From an uncultured Clostridia bacterium (GTDB taxonomy: Bacteria; Acidobacteriota; Aminicenantia; UBA2199): a DNA stretch of 64,000 nucleotides. Location of the stretch: assembly GCA_964502145.1 (NCBI GenBank), contig CAZCVI010000010.1, forward strand, positions 44,068 to 108,067, in the 5' to 3' direction. Shown in pieces: positions 19,534-28,929 of the stretch (position 1 is its first letter; every line of letters starts with the position of its first letter). The notes under the pieces were generated by a model. The model was not told the origin of the DNA. It did not search any database and worked only from the letters and a program-made list of their open reading frames with translations. The position numbers and the translations under genes are program-made.

Positions 19534-19580
19534 TAGTTATTAGCTTAAAACGGTATTCTTAAAATTTATAAGGAGAAAGC

Positions 19581-22500
19581 ATGAAAGACTATCCAATAAT
19601 CCAGAACATATTAAAAGTGGTTTTTATTTTATTTCTACTGACCGCCAGCACGGCATTAATGGCACAGGGAACCCCTACGGCCACTACTGATGGGGCTTCA
19701 GCCATCACGGCCTATGAAGCCACTTTAAATGGCACGGTTAATGCCAATGGGTCCAGTACCACCGTTACCTTTGAATACGGCATTAACACTAACTACGGCA
19801 GAACCATCACTGCCGACCAAAGCCCCATTAGCGGCAGCACCAACACCGCGGTCAGCAAAATAATTGAGGAGCTAATTCCCAATACTACCTATCACTACCG
19901 CGTGGTGGCGGTGAATGGAAACGGAACTGCCTATGGTGACGATATGACCTTTACTACCACTGCCATTGCACCTGTTGTCACTACAAATGATGCCGATGGG
20001 ATATCCTCCACCAGCGCCACTCTGAACGGTTTGGTGAATGCCAACAATACCAGTACCACTGTTACCTTTCAATACGGTTTAACCACGGCTTATGGCTCCA
20101 CAGTCACCGCAGATCAAAGTCCAGTTACCGGAATGGTTGAGACGGCTATCAGCAAAACCATTTCCGGTTTAACTACCGCCACTACCTATCATTACCGTGC
20201 CGTGGGCGTGAATACGGGCGGCACGACCTATGGCGAGGACAAAACTTTCAGAACTGGTACGCCACCGACCGCCGTCACCAATGCCGCTTCCGCGATCAAC
20301 ATCAGTGGGGCCACTTTGAATGGTACTGTCAATGCCAATGGCAGCAGCACTACTGTCACGTTTGAATTGGGCATAAACACCTCTTATGGCAGCACTGTTA
20401 CCGCCATTCAGAGTCCAGTAACCGGTTCCAGCAATACCGCTGTCAGTTATGTTAAAACCGGTTTGATACCCAACCGAACATATCATTATCGCGTGGTAGC
20501 CCAAAACGTGATTAGCACTATTTATGGTTCGGACATGACCTTTACTACCCAGGCCGCTGCACCCACCGCCACCACCATTGCCGCTTCAGACATCACCACT
20601 ACCACCGCCACCCTCAATGGCACCGTGAATGCCCAAAATGACAGCACTACCGTTACCTTTCAATACGGTTTAACCACTGCCTATGGCACCACTGTCACGG
20701 CGGATCAAAGTCCGGTGAACGGGGTAAACAACACCGCAGTAAGTAGAGCTATTGGCGGGTTGACCGATGCCACGACCTATCATTACCGGGTGGTAGCACA
20801 AAACGGTACAGGCACCACTTATGGCCTGGACAAAACCTTTCACACTGGCGGCTCGGCCCCTACTGCGACTACTGTTGCCGCCACTGCTATCTCTCCTACT
20901 GGGGCTACTCTCAATGGCACGGTCAATGCCAATAATAATGAGACTACTATCATCTTTGAGTACGGTTTGACCACCACCTACCGGGACGCGGTTACCGCTA
21001 CTCAGAGTCCGCTCAGCACCGGTATTGACACCGCGGTCAGCGCCGCTCTCACTGGCTTGACCAATAATACACTATACCATTACCGGGTAGTGGCGCAGAA
21101 TACTTTGGGTACTGTTTATGGTGTCGATCTTACATTTAGAACCTTGATCCCGGCCACTGCTGTGACCAATGCTGCTACTGCTATCGGACCAAACGGGGCC
21201 ACCCTCAACGGCACAGTCAACGCCAATGGCGTCAGCACTACAGTCACTTTCCAAATCGGCTTAACTACTGGTTATGGTACGACTTTCACCGCACCCCAAA
21301 GCCCCGTCAGCGGCTCCGCGAACACGGCGGTGAACTATACGGTGGGCAGCCTTACACCCAATTCGACCTATCATTACCGCGTGGTCGCACAGACTTTTTA
21401 TGGCACTATTTATGGCGCAGACAGAACCTTTACTACCAATGCAATTGCTCCTACCGTGACTACAGTTGCAGCTACCGGGATAACCTATACCGGGGGTACT
21501 CTCAACGGCACTGTCAATGCCAATAATGCCAGTACGACCGTCACTTTCGAATACGGTTTGAACACGGGTTACGGCACCACGGTTACGGCTGATCAAAGCC
21601 CGGTGAACGGAGTTACTAACACCGCAGTGAGCAAAGCTATAACTGGTCTGACCGAAAGCACTACTTATCATTACCGTGTCGTGGGGCAAAACATTGGGGG
21701 CACCACCAATGGTACGGATATGACCTTCACCACCCTGACCACCACCCTGCCCATTGTCACGACTGCCCAGATTTCCACTGTGACCACCAATTCTGCCAAG
21801 AGCGGAGGTAATGTTACCGCAGATGGTGGCGAGGTAGTGACAGCCAGGGGCGTGTGTTGGGCTACCAGCCACAATCCTGCTATTTCTGGTAGCCATACCA
21901 CCAATGGCAGTGGCACCGGTTTGTTTACCAGTGCTATAACTGGTTTGACAGATAACACCGTGTATTATGTCCGGGCGTATGCCACCAATAATAGGGGTAC
22001 GGCATACGGTCAAGAGGTGCCCCTCAAAACCAACTCCGAATCGGTGAGCGTTGACATTACCAGTCCGGTCCAGGGAGCCACTGTATCCGGTACAATCACT
22101 ATCGCCGCCACTGCTACTGCTGCCGACACCGTCCAGCCCCGTATGGTGGCCGCAGTGAAGTTTTATATTAATAACATCCTCATTGCAGAAGATTTATCCG
22201 CCCCTTATGAAACCCAATGGGACAGCCACACCATAACCGATGGTCTCTGCACCCTCAAGGCCGTGGCTTACAACCAGAGCAATGAGAGCAGCCAGGATAT
22301 CATTACTTTTATTGTAAGGAATGAACGGTCTTCCATTGGTGTGAACCGCACCCGTTTGGATTTTGGTTCCAATGGCCTCGTTTGTACTGGTGCGCAAACC
22401 TTGTGGATTGAAAATACTGGCACAGATGCCTTGAACTGGAATATCAGCGATAATGTCTCTTGGCTCACCTGCACGCCGGGTTCCGGTATAAATGCCGGAA

Positions 22501-23735
22501 TAGTCAGTGTCGCGGTTGACCCCATCGGTTTGGCTGTGGGCACTTATACAGCCAATATCACTATCACCGCCCCGCAATCAGAGAATGGTACCCTGATTGT
22601 TCCCGTTACCTTTGTGATCTATGCTCCTGATGCGACCAACGTTCCTTTCGGAGTTTTTGCCACTCCGCTTGATGGTTCCACCGTGATGAGCAGTATTCCG
22701 GTCACCGGGTGGGTGTTGGATGATATTGAAACCACCGGGGTCAAAATTTATCGTGAGCCCGTGGCCGGGGAGGGTAGTGAAAACGTTTACATTGGTGATG
22801 CCGTGTTTGTCGAGGGAGCGCGACCGGATGTGGAAACATCTTATCCCGACACCCCCTTAAATTACCGTGCGGGGTGGGGGTATATGTTGCTGACTAATTT
22901 CCTGCCTGACGGGGGGAACGGAAGCTTCACGTTGTATGCTATTGCCACGGATAAAGAGGGCAATCAGGTGACATTGGGCAGTAAGACCATCATCTGTGAT
23001 AATGCCCATGCTGTGAAACCGTTTGGAGCCATTGATACACCGGCTCAGGGTGGTACAGCCAGTGGCGCAGCTTATGTTAATTTTGGGTGGGCATTAACGC
23101 CGTTGCCCAATACTATTCCAACCGATGGTTCTACCATCACCTTGTGGGTGGATGGTGTGCCTTTGTCCGGGCACCCTGTTTACAACCAGTATCGGTCCGA
23201 TATCGCCAACTTGTTCCCCGGTTACAATAACAGTAATGGGGCCGTAGGGTATTATTACTTAAATACTACCCCTTATGCCAATGGTGTTCACACTATAGCC
23301 TGGTCAGTTAGTGATAGTGGTGGTAACAGTGATGGTATTGGTAGTCGTTACTTCACGATTCTTAATCTCACCAATGCCGATGCCCCAAAAAGCACCCGTC
23401 ACATTCCTGGTAATACCGGTTTTATCGACAGTCTACCAGAATTGGAACAGCAAGCCATTACGATCAAAGAACTGGAACAGGTAGAAATTCCATTGGGCCA
23501 GAATAATGCTACTATCCAAGGTTATTTGAAAATGGAAGACAGGTTCATTTCATTGCCAGTGGGTTCTACATTGGATCAGCAGAGTGGCACATTTTACTGG
23601 TCGGCTGGAGTGGGATTTACCGGGGAGTATCCATTGGTTTTTGTGATTCAGGGTGTTAGTGGCCAATACTATAAAAAAACAGTGGTCATCACCATTGAAC
23701 CCAAATTTAATATCAAGAACGAGTTCAACGAATAA
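19581..23735 (+). CDS. giant secreted/cell-surface repeat protein (signal peptide; 9 tandem ~92-aa FN3-like modules; 2 further FN3-like modules; Ig-like domain; BACON domain; C-terminal beta-rich region)
   Basis: AAGGAG RBS. N-terminal signal peptide 'ILKVVFILFLLTASTALMAQG'. Nine copies of '..ATLNGTVNANG.STTVTFEYG..T.YG.TVTADQSPV.G..NTAVS....GL...TTYHYRVVA.N..GT.YG.D.TFTT'. BACON-like 'LNWNISDNVSWLTCTPGSGINAGIVSVAV'. Confidence 0.8.
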   Translation: MKDYPIIQNILKVVFILFLLTASTALMAQGTPTATTDGASAITAYEATLNGTVNANGSSTTVTFEYGINTNYGRTITADQSPISGSTNTAVSKIIEELIPNTTYHYRVVAVNGNGTAYGDDMTFTTTAIAPVVTTNDADGISSTSATLNGLVNANNTSTTVTFQYGLTTAYGSTVTADQSPVTGMVETAISKTISGLTTATTYHYRAVGVNTGGTTYGEDKTFRTGTPPTAVTNAASAINISGATLNGTVNANGSSTTVTFELGINTSYGSTVTAIQSPVTGSSNTAVSYVKTGLIPNRTYHYRVVAQNVISTIYGSDMTFTTQAAAPTATTIAASDITTTTATLNGTVNAQNDSTTVTFQYGLTTAYGTTVTADQSPVNGVNNTAVSRAIGGLTDATTYHYRVVAQNGTGTTYGLDKTFHTGGSAPTATTVAATAISPTGATLNGTVNANNNETTIIFEYGLTTTYRDAVTATQSPLSTGIDTAVSAALTGLTNNTLYHYRVVAQNTLGTVYGVDLTFRTLIPATAVTNAATAIGPNGATLNGTVNANGVSTTVTFQIGLTTGYGTTFTAPQSPVSGSANTAVNYTVGSLTPNSTYHYRVVAQTFYGTIYGADRTFTTNAIAPTVTTVAATGITYTGGTLNGTVNANNASTTVTFEYGLNTGYGTTVTADQSPVNGVTNTAVSKAITGLTESTTYHYRVVGQNIGGTTNGTDMTFTTLTTTLPIVTTAQISTVTTNSAKSGGNVTADGGEVVTARGVCWATSHNPAISGSHTTNGSGTGLFTSAITGLTDNTVYYVRAYATNNRGTAYGQEVPLKTNSESVSVDITSPVQGATVSGTITIAATATAADTVQPRMVAAVKFYINNILIAEDLSAPYETQWDSHTITDGLCTLKAVAYNQSNESSQDIITFIVRNERSSIGVNRTRLDFGSNGLVCTGAQTLWIENTGTDALNWNISDNVSWLTCTPGSGINAGIVSVAVDPIGLAVGTYTANITITAPQSENGTLIVPVTFVIYAPDATNVPFGVFATPLDGSTVMSSIPVTGWVLDDIETTGVKIYREPVAGEGSENVYIGDAVFVEGARPDVETSYPDTPLNYRAGWGYMLLTNFLPDGGNGSFTLYAIATDKEGNQVTLGSKTIICDNAHAVKPFGAIDTPAQGGTASGAAYVNFGWALTPLPNTIPTDGSTITLWVDGVPLSGHPVYNQYRSDIANLFPGYNNSNGAVGYYYLNTTPYANGVHTIAWSVSDSGGNSDGIGSRYFTILNLTNADAPKSTRHIPGNTGFIDSLPELEQQAITIKELEQVEIPLGQNNATIQGYLKMEDRFISLPVGSTLDQQSGTFYWSAGVGFTGEYPLVFVIQGVSGQYYKKTVVITIEPKFNIKNEFNE
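19671..21726. repeat. intragenic tandem DNA repeats (~276-bp unit x 9) encoding the FN3-like modules
   Basis: Inferred from the nine near-identical protein modules. Boundaries are approximate. Confidence 0.6.
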
Positions 23736-23768
23736 AATAGAATAAAAGAGAATAAAAGAAAAAGATTG

Positions 23769-23834
23769 GCCCACGAATTTACACGGATTATCACGAATGA
23801 TCAAGACCAATTCGTGATAATTCGTGAAATTTGT
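23769..23834. terminator. long imperfect inverted repeat (27-bp arms, 13-nt loop) between the convergent giant gene and the ywbE-like gene; likely bidirectional terminator
   Basis: CCACGAATTTACACGGATTATCACGAA-tgatcaagaccaa-TTCGTGATAATTCGTGAAATTTGTGG. T-rich tracts on both sides. Arms are built from 10-bp-phased CACGAAT units. Confidence 0.45.
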
Positions 23835-23844
23835 GGGGCTCTTT

Positions 23845-24039
23845 TTATAACAACACCACTTGCACTCGCCCCACTGTGCCGTCTTGCAGGCGTACTTTGA
23901 TGCCGTGGGGGTGGTTGGGGGAATTGGTGAGGATATCTTTGACGATTCCTTCTGTTAGTTTTCCTGAGCGTTGATCTTCTTTTTTGATTACTTGTACCCG
24001 TGTTCCTGATTTGATATTGGCGCGTTTTTGTCCATCCAT
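23845..24039 (-). CDS. YwbE-like small protein (DUF2196)
   Basis: 'MDGQKRANIKSGTRVQVIKKEDQRSGKLTEGIVKDILTNSPNHPHGIKVRLQDGTVGRV' resembles B. subtilis YwbE. Start at the internal ATG with GGAGAG RBS. The track ORF extends 18 codons further without an RBS. Confidence 0.55.
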   Translation of the reverse strand: MDGQKRANIKSGTRVQVIKKEDQRSGKLTEGIVKDILTNSPNHPHGIKVRLQDGTVGRVQVVLL

Positions 24040-24350
24040 TTTATACTCTCCTCTCTTGGGGGGATTTTTACCCTCAAAAGGTAATCTTACCACAGTTGTC
24101 GGTATTTTACCAGCGACCTATCACGAAAACAGGTGCGCAGGAAAAACTTTTTATTGTCCATATCGACCATTCTATCCATATCGTCCAAATAAAATTTAAA
24201 ATTATTGGCATCTCCCAATTTTTTTTCAAAATATGCTCAAAAAGTACTAATAAAAGAGTTTCACGGTTAAAAAAAGAGGTAAGAAGCTCCTTTATTTGGT
24301 ATAATATAGTATCGTCGAAAACACCTATCATACCAACAAAGGAGCTTAAA

Positions 24351-24914
24351 ATGATTATATCCGAAAACACAGAAAAAGTCAAAAAAAAAGCGTTAAGGCT
24401 GATCAATAAAATAAATTCGCGGCTTAGCAAGCCTGAAAAGAAGTTCGTTCTTGAGATGACATTGGGAATGGTACTTAGTGGAAGCAGCAATATCAGCGAA
24501 ATCGCACGTAGCCTTCAAGAACCGGTGCCACTAAAACATACTACCAAACGGCTTGAACGGATGCTAACTCACAATCATATCCTTGATATCTGCAATCAAC
24601 TATGCCTCGAAGAGAGTGTGAATAAGATTGATAAAGATACTATCATCGCCTTAGATGGAGGAGACACAGTTCATCCTTACGGGGAGGAGTTTGAGCATAT
24701 GAACCCTGTCCATGATGGTAGTGCGGGTAAAATAGAGAAAGGGTTTTGGCTTAACCAGATCAGTGGGTACAATCCCCACTCCCATGAGACGTTCCCGATT
24801 GCCCTTGATATTTACAGTACAAGTGAGCCCGGCCACAAAAGTGCCAATAATGAATCGCTCAAACTCGTTGATAGTGTTTTGCCTCTCATAAAATTGGAGT
24901 CGATGGAAAGGTAA
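24351..24914 (+). mobile_element. truncated IS4-family-like DDE transposase gene (N-terminal ~187 aa only)
   Basis: Strong RBS AAAGGAG before ATG 24351. 'IIALDGGDTVHPYGEEFEHMNPVHDGSAGKIEKGFWLNQISGY' resembles the first-Asp region of IS4-type DDE_Tnp_1. The ORF ends after 187 aa with no continuation in any frame. No terminal inverted repeats found. Confidence 0.4.
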
Positions 24915-25108
24915 TTGAGTTGATATTCGGATATGATTGCATGGACCAGCTTCAACGCTACCTGTGAGAAATCTGGGTGACGGTGCCCCGTTAGTTTTGT
25001 AAGAGATTAAAAAAAAGAGGTCTACATTCATGACAAAAAACTTCTAATGGGTGTCCCCACTATATCATTTCGGTCATCTGGAAAAATAGGGTAGGACAAA
25101 ACGCCCGT

Positions 25109-26749
25109 TTAACGACTGGGTCTGTAAATAGAATAGAGTCGTTCCAACAAAAAAAGCACGACTGCACACATGAATAAAATAGGCCATATGGGTTTGGTCC
25201 TGCCTTTGGCGGCAATAGGTTTTAGATTTTCAAGTTTTCCAGCAGAGCGGGGTTCCCGTTCGGTGTTGCCTTCATCTCTATGCAATACTAAACGATTAAC
25301 TGCAGGTGATGGCGCCTGGGGGGAGGTTAAACGATACAAGGGTGGCATGTCTCGTTTTTGCAATAACCAGCGCACGGCATTAAAAAAAACTACGATGGAA
25401 AAACGCCCGGTAATATCATTGGTTCCGCTAGGCAAACCGGGTACAAAAGCCCTGGCAGGATTTTCGGCCTGGGCTAACCAAGTGCTGCCATCCATACCAC
25501 GACACACGGGTACAAAACCTGCGGGTACATTTAGGGCAGGCAATCCCAAGGTTTCCACGACGTCGAGATTGACGTCCACTAAGAGTGGACTGGTCTCCAA
25601 GAAATCCCGGATTTCCACGGGGTTGGACCTGATCGGACCATAACCGGGCCCGATGATCAAGGTGGGAATATTGGCAGGGGTGTCTGTTCGAGTGGTTACC
25701 CTTAATTGAGGGGTGACATCATCATAAGTCCAACCCAACTGCAACATCATGTCCCGGTCAGGGATTTGCCAGTCTACGCGGATTTCCTGGCCACTACCGA
25801 TTTCTAAAACTGCACGATCATCGGAGTTATAGTCACCACCGGGAGAAAGAACAAACGTATACAAACCAGAACGGGTGGGCGCAAAACTTCCTTGCCACGT
25901 GTGGTTACGCTGCCACAGGATGGCTTCATCCTTGATTTTTGTGCCACCAGGGGCGGTGATGGAAATACTGGTAGTGGTGGGCGGCATTCCATAATAGGTC
26001 ACTTCCACCTGCACCTCGGCGACCACTCCAGTTAAGGGGTTCCGGGTGGCACGAAGAGAGGTAATACCGGTATTGTCCACGGGTAAACCAATATCACGCC
26101 AAATTATTTGGAGGTTTGGGTTTTCGGCCAGCCAAAGGGGCGCGGGGAGATCGCTGATTACCACTACATGGCTGACTTGGCAAGGTTCGGGATTTGGCGA
26201 GTGTTGCTTCAAAGAATTCAATAAACGGCGCAAGATGTCCAGATCAGTTCCTAAAGGTCGGGGAACTATATTTTTGGCAGCTTGACGTATGACTAAGGCA
26301 TCGCTGTTCTTTACGAGGTCCCGCCGTTCCAGATCAAGAGTGGAAAGCCGGAAACACAGGGGGCGGTTTTTTGCTGCTTTCTGACTGGTGGTCACGGCTT
26401 GCTCAACTTCCCGTAACGCGGCAGTCATTCGGGTTTCACCCTGCTGCCGGGTGTTCATACTGGCGGAGGTGTCCACAATAATCCATACACCGAGGGATTT
26501 ACTTTCCGCAGCATTAAACCTTCTCTCCATAAAAAAGAGAGCGGCAAGAATGGTGAGAAGAATCAGCAGTTGCATAAAAAAAGGAATGGTCAGATGGATT
26601 TTACCCCACCGGAGCCGCGGCTGCTCTTTCTGCGGGGGTGGCAGGTCCTTAAAAAAACGGGCGGCAGATAAGCGGCGGTGCAAGAACCGTGGATAGGTCA
26701 TATACACGACTACGAGTATGGCACAAGCAACGATTAGGAAAATACTCAT
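25109..26749 (-). CDS. von Willebrand factor A domain membrane protein (BatA/BatB-like)
   Basis: N-terminal TM helices, then the MIDAS motif 'IIVDTSASM'. Start overlaps the upstream DUF58 stop (ATGA). Last gene of the MoxR-DUF58-VWA operon. Confidence 0.65.
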   Translation of the reverse strand: MSIFLIVACAILVVVYMTYPRFLHRRLSAARFFKDLPPPQKEQPRLRWGKIHLTIPFFMQLLILLTILAALFFMERRFNAAESKSLGVWIIVDTSASMNTRQQGETRMTAALREVEQAVTTSQKAAKNRPLCFRLSTLDLERRDLVKNSDALVIRQAAKNIVPRPLGTDLDILRRLLNSLKQHSPNPEPCQVSHVVVISDLPAPLWLAENPNLQIIWRDIGLPVDNTGITSLRATRNPLTGVVAEVQVEVTYYGMPPTTTSISITAPGGTKIKDEAILWQRNHTWQGSFAPTRSGLYTFVLSPGGDYNSDDRAVLEIGSGQEIRVDWQIPDRDMMLQLGWTYDDVTPQLRVTTRTDTPANIPTLIIGPGYGPIRSNPVEIRDFLETSPLLVDVNLDVVETLGLPALNVPAGFVPVCRGMDGSTWLAQAENPARAFVPGLPSGTNDITGRFSIVVFFNAVRWLLQKRDMPPLYRLTSPQAPSPAVNRLVLHRDEGNTEREPRSAGKLENLKPIAAKGRTKPIWPILFMCAVVLFLLERLYSIYRPSR

Positions 26750-27705
26750 GGATTCTCCTTCATAAACAAACGTTGCAAGACGCGATCTTTGCCGAAGTGT
26801 TCTTCAAAAAAAGAGCCGGGTTGCATAAGGGTCTGTGGGGGCCACTGCCACGAAATAAAATCATTGGCCCCACGGCATACCTGTTCTTTAAAGAATTGCT
26901 TGTGGTTTTTGATACGGCTCTCTACTTCCAGCAGGGTGGGGGCATCGATTTCAAGGGGATGGTCTAGAACGGGCAGACCGGGGCCCTCTATTTTTCGGGC
27001 ACCCTGGCCTAAGAAGAATCGTTCATAAGGCCAACTATCAGTATCGACTAAGATGACCCAACGCATGCCGTCCTGGGCTTCAGCGATGCGGCGGGAGAGT
27101 TGAAGTCCATCAGAAGAAGTGGTGGGGTCAATATCAAAATAAAAATCACTGATAATCATCCAGATGACGGCAGGTTTGAGGTGGGGTTCGAGTACTCCAA
27201 GGTTGACTTTTTCAGTAGCGCAGTTGGTGGAGTAAAAGCGATTGAGAACGGGGCGGATGGCATTTAAACCACTGGCACCAAAAAGGGGTTCAAGACTGCC
27301 GCCGGGTCTACCGAATAAACGATGCAAGATCACGCGGTCAGCGGAACGTAATGTAATCCAAGCAACAGCTTCAGCGAGCCATGTGGCAATGAGTGCTTTG
27401 GGCATGGGTTCTGGTAGTAACATGGAGGGGCGGGTATCAATGGAAATGATGAGGGTGAGTTGTTCTTCGGCGACATAGGTGCGTACCAACAGGTCGTTGG
27501 CACCACCATGGCGGGCGGAAGCGCTCCAATCGACATGGCGAATATCATCGCCGGGCATATAGGGTCGATAATCATAAAACTCCAGACTCTGACCCTTACG
27601 CCGCATCTGATGACCACCGACAAGACCGGGACGCCGCTGACGGCGAGAGGAAAGACGGTAGCTTTCAAGTAATGAACGGGAGAGGGGAAGAGGGGGGGGA
27701 TTCAT
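26746..27705 (-). CDS. DUF58 protein (MoxR-associated)
   Basis: 'LEFYDYRPYMPGDDIRHVDWSASAR' is the DUF58 signature. Confidence 0.75.
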   Translation of the reverse strand: MNPPPLPLSRSLLESYRLSSRRQRRPGLVGGHQMRRKGQSLEFYDYRPYMPGDDIRHVDWSASARHGGANDLLVRTYVAEEQLTLIISIDTRPSMLLPEPMPKALIATWLAEAVAWITLRSADRVILHRLFGRPGGSLEPLFGASGLNAIRPVLNRFYSTNCATEKVNLGVLEPHLKPAVIWMIISDFYFDIDPTTSSDGLQLSRRIAEAQDGMRWVILVDTDSWPYERFFLGQGARKIEGPGLPVLDHPLEIDAPTLLEVESRIKNHKQFFKEQVCRGANDFISWQWPPQTLMQPGSFFEEHFGKDRVLQRLFMKENP

Positions 27706-27723
27706 ATTATTCCCAGCACTCCA

Positions 27724-28902
27724 CTATGCGCCTAATAATGCCTTGCGGAACTCTTCTTCAAAGATGCGGGGGTATTCATTTCCGCCGGGGGCAGTGGCAA
27801 GCGAGAAAGATTGGATGACGCGGGATAACAGGGCATCTTGCTGGGAGGCATTAAGGGTGGTTTGAGCGGTATGGGTACTAACGGCGCTTTTTTCCATGGT
27901 CAAGAAGGTTTCTTGCCAATCGAATTTTAATTTGAAGCGATGACGTAAGGTAGGAATAATAACGCGCGCCAAGGCGGGACCTTCTGCTCCCTCGGCACCG
28001 GGGATGAACATGGCAGACCACGCTTTAGCGCCCAGTAAAAGATTGGTGGCGGCACGGGGACCAAGCCCATAAACCATTAACTGCTCGACAATTTCCTTGG
28101 TTTTCTTGCGCTGGGCATCGGTAATGCCGGTCATTTCAGAGTACTTGTTGTTGGAAGCAAGAAACATGTTGAGGATATGAGTTTCCACGGCAGGGGATGA
28201 ACCCAATTGCAAAATACTCTCTTTTAATCGGTCATAAATGGAACGGGCCAGACCGGGTTCGCGGAACACGCGGAGTTTCTCCTCGGTAGGTTCGGGTTTG
28301 GCAGGTGCAGTGGAGAGGGTGCCAGCGGTTTTGTTTAAAATTAAGCGCAGGGTGCTGCTGTCGGGCACGGGAACATTGATCTTGAACATAAAACGATCGG
28401 CCTGGGCTTCGGGTAGGTTAAAGGTACCTTCATGATCAATGGGGTTCTGGGTAGCTAAAACCATAAAAGGAAGGTCGAGGGGGTATTTTTTGCCGAGGAC
28501 GGTGACCTGTTTCTCAGCCATGGCTTCCAGCATGGCAGATTGGGTTTTGGGGGTAGCGCGGTTGATTTCATCGGCCAGGAGGAGGGAGGTGAAGACCGGG
28601 CCTTTTTGGAAGACTAGCTTTTGCAGTTGCTGGCTCTCAAAATCAGGGGCATAGGTACCGGTAATATCAGCGGGCATAAGATCGGGGGTGAATTGAATCC
28701 TGCCGTAAGGTACGCCGAGGATCTGACCGAGAGTTTTAACCAGCTCGGTTTTGCCCAGGCCGGGGTTGCCTTCCAGCAAGACATGGCCTCCAGTGTAAAA
28801 CGCCACCAGGGTTAAACGGGTGACTTCATCCAGACCAAACATCTTTGACCTGACGCGTACTAATACGGCTTCTGCCAATTGTTCAATTTCTCTTTTTTGC
28901 AT
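27724..28902 (-). CDS. MoxR-family AAA+ ATPase
   Basis: 'VLLEGNPGLGKTELVKTLGQILGVPYGRIQFTPDLMPADITGT'. Stop is TAG. Confidence 0.85.
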   Translation of the reverse strand: MQKREIEQLAEAVLVRVRSKMFGLDEVTRLTLVAFYTGGHVLLEGNPGLGKTELVKTLGQILGVPYGRIQFTPDLMPADITGTYAPDFESQQLQKLVFQKGPVFTSLLLADEINRATPKTQSAMLEAMAEKQVTVLGKKYPLDLPFMVLATQNPIDHEGTFNLPEAQADRFMFKINVPVPDSSTLRLILNKTAGTLSTAPAKPEPTEEKLRVFREPGLARSIYDRLKESILQLGSSPAVETHILNMFLASNNKYSEMTGITDAQRKKTKEIVEQLMVYGLGPRAATNLLLGAKAWSAMFIPGAEGAEGPALARVIIPTLRHRFKLKFDWQETFLTMEKSAVSTHTAQTTLNASQQDALLSRVIQSFSLATAPGGNEYPRIFEEEFRKALLGA

Positions 28903-28929
28903 GGCTCACTCTATCTTGGGCATGATCGT

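Noticed and set aside
21261-22013. 250-aa minus-strand ORF antisense to the giant repeat gene.
   Set aside because: It lies wholly within the better-supported plus-strand gene. It has no motifs or RBS and a low-complexity translation.
24096-24350. Upstream 85 codons of the track ORF 24096..24914 as part of the transposase.
   Set aside because: An AT-rich, low-complexity translation precedes a near-perfect RBS plus ATG at 24351. The long ORF merely reflects the absence of an in-frame stop in promoter DNA.
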